NCBI GenBank assembly: GCA_902464275.1
Contig: CABQIK010000007.1
Span: 8,613-72,612, forward strand
Source: an uncultured Alphaproteobacteria bacterium
GTDB taxonomy: Bacteria; Pseudomonadota; Alphaproteobacteria; RF32; CAG-239
Length of the DNA: 64,000 nt
Reading direction: 5' to 3'
Positions 18,306 to 26,197 of this stretch are shown here, in pieces. The position numbers and the translations under genes are program-made. Every line of letters starts with the position of its first letter. The stretch's first letter is position 1. Below the pieces are notes generated by a model. That model worked only from the letters and a program-made list of their open reading frames with translations. It made no database searches and was not told the DNA's origin.

Positions 18306-20684
18306 ATGACAAAAAGAATGTTGATTGATGACACGCAGCCTGAAGAAACCCGCGTGGTTATTATTGACGGGAACAAAGTTGAAGATGTTGAGTTTGAATC
18401 AAGCTCCCGCAAACAAATAAAAGGCAATATTTATACCGCCAAAGTTATCAGAGTTGAACCCTCGCTGCAAGCCGCCTTTGTTGATTACGGCGGCAACCGC
18501 CACGGATTTTTGGCCTTTGGCGAAATTCACCCTGATTATTACAATGCCTCACCCGAGTTGTTAGAAGCTGTTGACCGCGAGGTTGATGAAATTATTGAGC
18601 GCAAAAAACAATACATTAAAGAGCGTGAAGAACAACGCGAGCGTATCCGCGCTGAAAAACAAGCCGCTTATGAAGCTCGCAAACGTGAAGAAGAAGCCCG
18701 CTTGGCCGAAGAGGCGCGCTTGGCTGAAGAAGCCCGTTTGGCTGAAGAAGCCGCCGCGGCAGCTGCCGAACCGGAAACTTCTGCCGAACCTGTAACTGAA
18801 ACTGCCGAACCGGCTGCCGAGCCTGCGGTTAAACCCAAAAGAAAATACACCCGCCGCAAGCCGTTGAAGAAAAAGACCGAGGCCGAAACTCCGGCTGAAG
18901 AAACCGCCGAAAAAACTGAAGAACCGCAAGAAGAGCTTAAAGTTTTATCCGCCGATTCTGATAACAATGACGCGGTTATTTGCGATGACTGCTCTGACGA
19001 TGAAAACGATTCTTTCGATTCTGAATCTGAATATGATGCTGCCGACAATGACGATGATGATTCCGATGAAGATTTTGAATTGCAACGCAAACTTTTACGC
19101 GCTCGCAAACTTTATCATTACAGCACTATTCAAGACGTTATCAAAGAAGGTCAAACCCTGCTTATTCAGGTGGTAAAAGAAGAACGCGGCAATAAAGGCG
19201 CCGCCTGCACCACTTATTTATCTTTGGCCGGCAAATATTGCGTATTAATGCCCAATCGTATTAAAAGCGGCGGCGTTTCGCGCAAAATCACCAATGCGGC
19301 TGACCGCAAGCGCTTAAAAGAGATTATGAAAGAACTTCCTTTAACTGCCAACATGTCCATGATTATCCGCACCGCCGGCGAAGATAAAACCAAGGCCGAT
19401 ATTGTTCGCGATTACAATTACTTGATTCGTACATGGAATCACATTCGCTTAAACGCTCTTAAAAACAAAGTTCCGAGCCTTATTTATGAAGAAGGCGACT
19501 TAATCAAACGTGCTTTGCGCGATATGTACACCAAAGACATTGCCGAAGTTATTGTTGACGGCAACGAGGCTTATAAAGCCGCCCGCGATTTTGTTAAAAT
19601 TTTATCGCCGAGCAGTCTAAAGAAAATTAAGTGCCGCAAGCCTAACGAAATGCCTGTATTCCAACGTTTTCAAATTGAATCGCAGCTTGATAAACTTCAT
19701 AGCCCGATTGTTCAGCTTGAATCCGGCGGTTATTTAGTTATTAACCCGACCGAGGCTTTGGTATCAATAGATGTTAACTCCGGCCGCGCCACCAAAGAAA
19801 AAGACATTGAAGAAACTGCCTTAAAGACCAATTTGGAAGCTGCCGATGAAATTGCCAAACAGTTGCGCATGCGTAATCTTGCCGGTTTGGTGGTTATTGA
19901 CTTTATTGATATGGACGAACCCAAAAACAATGCCGCGGTTGAAAAACGTATGAAAGACGCGCTCAAAAACGACCGCTCGCGCATTCAGGTTGCCAAAATG
20001 AGTTGTTTCGGCCTGCTTGAGCTCTCCCGTCAACGCATGCACTCTTCATTTATTGAAAGCAACTATCAACCCTGCCCGTTCTGTCATGGCCAAGGCGTTA
20101 TCCGCACCACGGAATCCGGAGCCATGCTTATTTTGCGCGCCATTGAAGAAGAGGGTGTTAAAAACCGCTCATCACGCATTACGGTTTTTGTTCCGACTGA
20201 AACCGCTATTTATCTGCTTAACCAAAAGCGCCAAAATTTGTGCGATTTGGAAAGCCGATACAAAATGTCAGTCGTAATTTCTGCCGATAGCGAAATTAAA
20301 AATATTTCTGACTATCGCATTGAGCGCGTTCGCCAAACCAAACCGGCCGAAGAAGATGAAAACGCTCCGATGACCGCATATTCTGAAGCGGAAGAATTTT
20401 CTGAAGCCGAAGAAGATGACGCTGAAGAAGCTCCTGAAAATGATAACATGCCGGAACCTTCCGATGAAGAAAATGATGATCGCGATAACCGTTATAATCG
20501 CCGTTTTCACGGACGCCGCAATCGCTATGACCGTCGCCGCGGTAAATTCGGGCGCCGCGATTACAACAATCGCGATGACTACCGCCAACGCTACAATAAT
20601 GCCGCTGAAACTCCCGCTCCGGTCAATACCGAAGAACCTAAAAAAGAAGGCAAAGTTGCATGGTGGAGAAAATTAATCGGTTAA
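18306..20684 (+). CDS. rne: ribonuclease E
   Basis: S1 domain N-terminus (KGNIYTAKVIRVEPSLQAAFVDYG) and Rne catalytic core. Acidic/Arg-rich C-terminal scaffold. Confidence 0.9.
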   Translation: MTKRMLIDDTQPEETRVVIIDGNKVEDVEFESSSRKQIKGNIYTAKVIRVEPSLQAAFVDYGGNRHGFLAFGEIHPDYYNASPELLEAVDREVDEIIERKKQYIKEREEQRERIRAEKQAAYEARKREEEARLAEEARLAEEARLAEEAAAAAAEPETSAEPVTETAEPAAEPAVKPKRKYTRRKPLKKKTEAETPAEETAEKTEEPQEELKVLSADSDNNDAVICDDCSDDENDSFDSESEYDAADNDDDDSDEDFELQRKLLRARKLYHYSTIQDVIKEGQTLLIQVVKEERGNKGAACTTYLSLAGKYCVLMPNRIKSGGVSRKITNAADRKRLKEIMKELPLTANMSMIIRTAGEDKTKADIVRDYNYLIRTWNHIRLNALKNKVPSLIYEEGDLIKRALRDMYTKDIAEVIVDGNEAYKAARDFVKILSPSSLKKIKCRKPNEMPVFQRFQIESQLDKLHSPIVQLESGGYLVINPTEALVSIDVNSGRATKEKDIEETALKTNLEAADEIAKQLRMRNLAGLVVIDFIDMDEPKNNAAVEKRMKDALKNDRSRIQVAKMSCFGLLELSRQRMHSSFIESNYQPCPFCHGQGVIRTTESGAMLILRAIEEEGVKNRSSRITVFVPTETAIYLLNQKRQNLCDLESRYKMSVVISADSEIKNISDYRIERVRQTKPAEEDENAPMTAYSEAEEFSEAEEDDAEEAPENDNMPEPSDEENDDRDNRYNRRFHGRRNRYDRRRGKFGRRDYNNRDDYRQRYNNAAETPAPVNTEEPKKEGKVAWWRKLIG
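18697..18762 (+). repeat. tandem 18-nt coding repeats (EEARLA x3-4) inside rne
   Basis: GAAGAAGCCCGCTTGGCC-like unit repeated. Low-complexity insertion in the S1 region. Confidence 0.7.
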
Positions 20685-22036
20685 TTAATTCCGCAAAAAT
20701 CCGGCAGATTACTAAAATCTGCCGGTATTTTGCTTTGCCTGTCTTAATTTTCAGTTTATGTATTTTTTCATTTAACGCCGCCGCATTGTCATTTATTTCT
20801 GACGATGAGAGCGAATCTCTTGTTCACAATATCGTAAAACCGATATTCAGCGCCGCCGGCATTACTTTTAATCCCGATAAAATATTAATTGCCAACGATT
20901 CCACTCTTAACGCTTTTGTCAGCGACGGCAATTATTTAGTAATTCATAGCGGCACCTTAATGAACGCCGATAACGTTAATGAGCTTAACGGTATTTTAGC
21001 GCATGAAGCCGGACACATTGCCGGCGGACATATTGTGCGGCAAAAAATTCGTATCGGACAAGCGCAAATTGCCAGCGTGGCATCCTTAATTGCTGCCGGC
21101 GCCGCCGCGGCCGCTTCCGGCAATGCCGAGGCCGCTCTCGCCGTTATGTTGGGGTCGCAAAGCTCGCTCTTAAATTCTATGACAGCCTACCAAATGCAAG
21201 AAGAGCGCAGCGCCGATGAAAGCGCGGTAAAATATTTAAAACAATTAAACCAATCAGCATTCGGATTAAAAAACTTTATGCAAAAATCGGCTCGCGCCAA
21301 CCGGCTTAACGGCTATCAGGACATTCCGTATTTCCGCACCCATCCGCTGAACAGCGAGCGTATCGCTTTTTTCACGCAAGCCGCTGAAAATTCATCCGGA
21401 GCCATAACCTCGCCGTTTGATACCGAATTTAAAATGGTTAAAGCCAAATTGTCAGCATTTTTACTGCCGACCAAGCGTGGCTTTAAGCTTTACCCGCTGT
21501 CAGATAAATCGGCACCGGCGCAATACGCCCGCGCCATTTTATATTATCGGCAAAACAATTTGCCGCAGGCGTTAAAAAATATAGACTCATTAATTGCCAA
21601 ACAACCGGAGAATCCGTTTTTTTACGAACTTAAAGGACAGTTTTTATTTGAAAAAGGCAAATTGCCGGAAGCGCTCGCCGCTTATAAAAAAGCCTTGACT
21701 CTGCGCCCCGATTCGGCCGAAATAATGTTCGGTTGGGCGCAAACCGCGCTTGAAGCTCCGCACAACAAAAACGAGCTTACGCAAATTATATCCGCGCTTA
21801 ACCGCAGCATTCTGAAAAAGAACAAAGCCGATACTTGGCTTTTGCTTGCCCGCGCTTATGATGAGGCCTCTCGCAAAGCTGACGCTCTTTATGCTTCGGC
21901 TCAATTTAATTTAATGCTTGAAAATTATAATATCGCTGAAAAGCAAATCACGCAGGCTGAAAAAAACAACCCCTCGCCTGAATTAAAGCTTAAACTTAAT
22001 GATTTAAAAAACCTGCTTAACACTGTGCGGCAATAA
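20660..22036 (+). CDS. M48 family metallopeptidase with TPR domain (BepA-like)
   Basis: HEAGHIAGGH HExxH motif. N-terminal signal/TM. C-terminal TPR-like repeats. Confidence 0.75.
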   Translation: MVEKINRLINSAKIRQITKICRYFALPVLIFSLCIFSFNAAALSFISDDESESLVHNIVKPIFSAAGITFNPDKILIANDSTLNAFVSDGNYLVIHSGTLMNADNVNELNGILAHEAGHIAGGHIVRQKIRIGQAQIASVASLIAAGAAAAASGNAEAALAVMLGSQSSLLNSMTAYQMQEERSADESAVKYLKQLNQSAFGLKNFMQKSARANRLNGYQDIPYFRTHPLNSERIAFFTQAAENSSGAITSPFDTEFKMVKAKLSAFLLPTKRGFKLYPLSDKSAPAQYARAILYYRQNNLPQALKNIDSLIAKQPENPFFYELKGQFLFEKGKLPEALAAYKKALTLRPDSAEIMFGWAQTALEAPHNKNELTQIISALNRSILKKNKADTWLLLARAYDEASRKADALYASAQFNLMLENYNIAEKQITQAEKNNPSPELKLKLNDLKNLLNTVRQ

Positions 22037-22664
22037 TTTCCGCTATCGGACGATATGACTTGCGGTGCTGAGGCGTAATTCCGTGCTGTTTTAATCCTGC
22101 AATATGTGCTTTAGTGCCGTATCCGGCATTTTTTTCAAACCCATACCACGGATATTTTTGCGCCAACTCTGCCATTAAGCGGTCACGATAAACTTTAGCC
22201 ATAACCGAGGCCGCCGCAACACTGAATGATTTTGCATCGCCTTTAACAATGGTTTTGCATGGACAAACAAAGCCGACAGGCATACGGTTACCGTCAACCA
22301 GTGCCGTATTCGGCTTGCATTTCAATGCCGCCATTGCCCGCCGCATTGCCAAAAAAGTTGCCTGCAAAATATTAATCTCGTCAATTTCAGCCGCCGATGC
22401 CTCGCCGATTCCGTATGACAAATTGCCCGCGGCTTCTTCTTCTTGTATTAATTTATAAAGCTCTTCACGCTTTTTTGCGGACAACTTTTTAGAATCATCA
22501 AGCGAATTTAACAATACAGGATTAATCTTGCGATTAAAAAACACTACCGCACCGGCCACCACCGGACCGGCCCACGGACCGCGCCCCGCCTCGTCAACGC
22601 CGGCAATTAAACCCTGGCATTTATCTTCTTCTGACCAATCAGGCATAAAAGTTTCTCCTTGCAA
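22017..22664 (-). CDS. rnhB: ribonuclease HII
   Basis: GLIAGVDEAGRGPWAGPVVAGAVV active-site motif. Confidence 0.9.
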   Translation of the reverse strand: MQGETFMPDWSEEDKCQGLIAGVDEAGRGPWAGPVVAGAVVFFNRKINPVLLNSLDDSKKLSAKKREELYKLIQEEEAAGNLSYGIGEASAAEIDEINILQATFLAMRRAMAALKCKPNTALVDGNRMPVGFVCPCKTIVKGDAKSFSVAAASVMAKVYRDRLMAELAQKYPWYGFEKNAGYGTKAHIAGLKQHGITPQHRKSYRPIAEIIAAQC

Positions 22665-22713
22665 TTATCGGGATAAACTCTAACACCTTAACAAAATAAA
22701 TGCCAGCTGAATT

Positions 22714-23025
22714 TTAATTGCGCACAATCGGCAAACCTTCATAATCGGCTTCAATAATGCCACCGATAACCACCGCCACATTATCATAGCCACTCTGCTC
22801 AAACATTTGCGCCGCTTGTGACGAGCGCCCGCCCGAAGCGCAAATAATATTAATGGTTTGCGAGCCGTCAAGATGATGCGTTTTAACAAAAATTTCAGGA
22901 TGCAGGTGCTTTAACGGCTCAAAATAATGCGGATAAGCTAAGCTTTCTTTGGCATATTCGCTTTCATCCCGCACGTCTAAAATCAAAGAATTGGTGGTTA
23001 AATCTTTCGGTTTTATAAATCTCAT
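22714..23025 (-). CDS. rhodanese-like sulfurtransferase domain protein
   Basis: 103 aa with the active-site loop CASGGRS. Confidence 0.7.
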   Translation of the reverse strand: MRFIKPKDLTTNSLILDVRDESEYAKESLAYPHYFEPLKHLHPEIFVKTHHLDGSQTINIICASGGRSSQAAQMFEQSGYDNVAVVIGGIIEADYEGLPIVRN

Positions 23026-23094
23026 CTGCTCCTCCTTAAACTCAATATAAGCAAGCAGACAAGCAATTTAAATTAAACTAACGTTTACCCCGCA

Positions 23095-23676
23095 TTAGAA
23101 ATCAGCTTTTATCTTTTCAGTCAATTTATATATTCCGGCAAATTTTGAGGCATTATATTCCGGCTCGCCACTTAATGATATTTCCCATTGACGGGCTTTT
23201 TTAACAGCATGTTCATAATTCGGCATTTTGGCTAAATCAAAATAAGGGTTCCTATCATGTTTATAAAAAAGCATAATGCTTTCTAATCTTGATTGCGCTT
23301 CGCCTTGAGAATTTACATTGTCAATATCATAATGGAGCAACGGCCAAATTTCTATACATGGTTTCATATATGCCATATAAATATTCATACCGCTTTGCCT
23401 GATTATGTCAATAGCCTCTCTAACTTCAGAATCTCTTCCGTCATGGTCAAAGATAACCCATATTTCACTTTTTGGCATCTTTAAATCATTATATCTTCTT
23501 ACAGCTTCTCTTGCTAACGTAACCGGATTTTGATTTATATGAATTTTATTCAATTTTACCAACGAAGTTTTCTTTTGTTGCTGAATAAATTTTTGCAGAT
23601 AATCCAATTCGGTTTTACCCTCATAAAAAAGTTGAATTACCAGTTTAAATTCTGAACGTTTACCGAAATCACTCAT
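23095..23676 (-). CDS. RloB-like / TOPRIM-domain protein (AbiLii-like), probable nuclease partner
   Basis: TOPRIM signature: conserved Glu in FYEGKTE and DxD in VIFDHDGRD. About 193 aa. The ATG at 23676 overlaps the upstream ATPase stop by 8 nt (ATGAGTGA). AT-rich. Confidence 0.65.
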   Translation of the reverse strand: MSDFGKRSEFKLVIQLFYEGKTELDYLQKFIQQQKKTSLVKLNKIHINQNPVTLAREAVRRYNDLKMPKSEIWVIFDHDGRDSEVREAIDIIRQSGMNIYMAYMKPCIEIWPLLHYDIDNVNSQGEAQSRLESIMLFYKHDRNPYFDLAKMPNYEHAVKKARQWEISLSGEPEYNASKFAGIYKLTEKIKADF

Positions 23677-24955
23677 TATTGAAGCCCCCAATCATAGGAA
23701 TTGCTCCGTATTTACCTTGCATATAACCTTTTTGCAGATTTTTATCAAAGCGAGGAGTAAATTGATATAGTGAATACAAATCAGAGGATCCGTCTTGGCG
23801 TTTTTCTGTAAACCAAATTTCATCGGTACGCCAAATCTCATTAGTCATTAAATTTAAATCATGTAAAGTAACAATAAGCTGCCCTTTATTTTTATCATTT
23901 TCCAAATGTTCTTGAATTAAAAACTTGCTCAAAAACGGATGCAACCGACAATCAAGCTCGTCTATAATCAAACATGTATTGGAATCTCTGAGCAAATAAA
24001 ATGACAACGCCAAATCTATTAAGCGTTTTGTTCCATCAGATTCTTCTCCGATTTTAAACCTTACATCATTATGAATGGTTCTTAAAGCAAGCCCTTTTTT
24101 TCCACCAGGCGTTATACTGATTGCAACAACATCTCCTTCTGTTGACTTAGAAAACAATGTGCCGTAACCTTGTTTTTGCCCTGATGCCAGTGCCTCTTTA
24201 TAAAAATATTCCGTTTCATTATTTGAAAGTTTAATCCATTGTATATCAGAAATTCCTACATCCGCCGTTCTTAACAACCGTCTTAAAAAATCTTGAAATT
24301 CCTGTTGGTTAAAAAACATTCCGAAAATAACCGGATTTACTAAACTATTGGGCGATGTTATTACCAACATTTCAAAAAATTTTAAAACATCTGTTATATA
24401 TTTTGCTCCCGATATTTTAGCGGCATTTTCTATTATTCCGTCTTGGCGAAGTTTAAATAAAAATGTGGTTACCGATTGAAATGTGCGGTTTTTATACCAA
24501 TCTTCACTTTTACTTAACGCTCCATGCAATTCAATTTCAGACAAACGTCTGCTAAACAACGGCTTTATCTCTCCGCTTTTTTGTAATATTGATAATTGCT
24601 CAAACGGAATTTGAATTCCGTTTGTAACCAACTTATACCTATACGCCGTTCCATTAATTTGAAAATCTATTTCAAATTCAGTATTAAATATTTTTTTTGC
24701 CAATTTAAACTGATGCGACAAAACAAAAGCTGTGCTATCAGACATAACACACCAAAACAAGGCTTCTAACGCATGTACAAAATTAGATTTTCCAGACGCG
24801 TTTGCCCCATAAATAGCAGCGCCTTTTAACGCGCTGAAAGGCTTGCCGTCAAGCACATGTTTTTTATGTTGTTTTGATATTTTCCCCGGAAATAATGAAA
24901 AAGTCGCTGTTTCATTAAATGAAGCAAAATTTGATACAGAAAAATTCAAAAGCAT
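23669..24955 (-). CDS. ABC-type AAA ATPase (AAA_21/AAA_15-like; AbiLi/RloA/AriA-like)
   Basis: Walker A GANASGKSN near the N-terminus, Walker B LIIDELD, and an H-loop TLHD at the C-terminus, with a long inserted middle domain. It is co-oriented and overlaps the TOPRIM gene. Confidence 0.7.
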   Translation of the reverse strand: MLLNFSVSNFASFNETATFSLFPGKISKQHKKHVLDGKPFSALKGAAIYGANASGKSNFVHALEALFWCVMSDSTAFVLSHQFKLAKKIFNTEFEIDFQINGTAYRYKLVTNGIQIPFEQLSILQKSGEIKPLFSRRLSEIELHGALSKSEDWYKNRTFQSVTTFLFKLRQDGIIENAAKISGAKYITDVLKFFEMLVITSPNSLVNPVIFGMFFNQQEFQDFLRRLLRTADVGISDIQWIKLSNNETEYFYKEALASGQKQGYGTLFSKSTEGDVVAISITPGGKKGLALRTIHNDVRFKIGEESDGTKRLIDLALSFYLLRDSNTCLIIDELDCRLHPFLSKFLIQEHLENDKNKGQLIVTLHDLNLMTNEIWRTDEIWFTEKRQDGSSDLYSLYQFTPRFDKNLQKGYMQGKYGAIPMIGGFNNE

Positions 24956-25174
24956 AGTTTATTCTCCGTTTTTTATCATATTAAATATGCATATATGCTA
25001 TTTTGGGCAAAAAATCAACAGATTTTGTGAAAAAATCACATAATATAACTTCATACATTATAAATTATGCAAACTATCAGCTTCTAAATTAACTCTTGCA
25101 CTTTAATATTATCCTTTTATAAATAAATTTACGCTATGATTATGCAAAATGTAAAATTTAACAAAGGATAAGTT

Positions 25175-26182
25175 ATGACTAAAATCGCTGTACTTGGTGT
25201 GACCGAAAGTATCGGCCGTGAAATTTTAACTTTTTTGGAAGCCGACGGCATCAGCTCTGATGATGTAATTGCTCTTGAACCCAAAAGTCCGCTCGGCAAT
25301 TTGGTTTCATACGGTGAAGACGATGAGCTTGACGTTTACAATGCCGATGATTTTGATTTCGGCAAAGCCGACATTGCCATTTTTGCCACTACGGAAGAAA
25401 TTGCCAAACGCTATCTGCCCAAAGCTGCCGCTAAAAACATTAAAATTATTGATTGCTCCGGAGCAACTTTTGCCGATTCTGATGTTCCGATGATTATTGC
25501 CGGCCTTAACGATGAAGATGTTAAGCGCACTGCCAAAAACATTGTTTCCATTCCGTCGGCGCTCACTACGCAAATGCTCACTCCGCTTGCCAAAGTTAAT
25601 GAAAAGCTGAGCTTAAAACGCCTGATTGCTTCGGCTTATATTTCAACCTCCGTTTACGGCAAAGAAGCCATGGACGAGCTTTTTAACCAAACTCGCAAAA
25701 TTTATATGAACACCACTTTAGCCGATGATGAACAGGTATTTAAAAAACAGATTGCTTTTAACGTTTTGCCGCAGGTCGGAGAATTTATCGGTGAAGAAAC
25801 CAAATTTGAATGGGCAATTAACGCCGAAACCAAAAAGGTTTTAAACGGTAACATGAAAATTCATGCCAACTGCGCGTTTGTTCCGGCTTTTATCGGCGCC
25901 GCCATGTACGTTAACGCCGAATGTGCCAACGACACTGATGTTGATGAAGTCAGAAAACTGATGCAAAGTACCAAAGGCGTGGTTGTATTTGACAAACAAA
26001 CCGATGGCGGTTACGTCAGCTTAAATGATGTTCAGGGCGAAGACAATATTTATATCAGCCGCCTGCGCCAAGATTTATCGGCTGAAAACGGCTTTAGCTT
26101 TTGGTGCGTTGCCGACAACCTGCGCGCCGGTATGGCCAAAAACGCTTTTAATGTTATGAAACTTATGCTTAAAACCCACTGA
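25175..26182 (+). CDS. aspartate-semialdehyde dehydrogenase family protein (Usg-like), apparently catalytically inactive
   Basis: The Asd fold is recognisable, but the catalytic NCxT Cys is replaced (IPSALTTQM). The GxxGxxG NAD(P) motif is degenerate. The conserved RVPV..GH motif reads FVPAFIGAA. Confidence 0.6.
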   Translation: MTKIAVLGVTESIGREILTFLEADGISSDDVIALEPKSPLGNLVSYGEDDELDVYNADDFDFGKADIAIFATTEEIAKRYLPKAAAKNIKIIDCSGATFADSDVPMIIAGLNDEDVKRTAKNIVSIPSALTTQMLTPLAKVNEKLSLKRLIASAYISTSVYGKEAMDELFNQTRKIYMNTTLADDEQVFKKQIAFNVLPQVGEFIGEETKFEWAINAETKKVLNGNMKIHANCAFVPAFIGAAMYVNAECANDTDVDEVRKLMQSTKGVVVFDKQTDGGYVSLNDVQGEDNIYISRLRQDLSAENGFSFWCVADNLRAGMAKNAFNVMKLMLKTH

Positions 26183-26197
26183 TAAAGGATTCTCCCG

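Noticed and set aside
25025-25042. Calling the TGTGA…TCACA palindrome a CRP site
   Set aside because: The spacer is 5 nt, not the canonical 6. It is kept only as a generic inverted repeat of unknown regulator.
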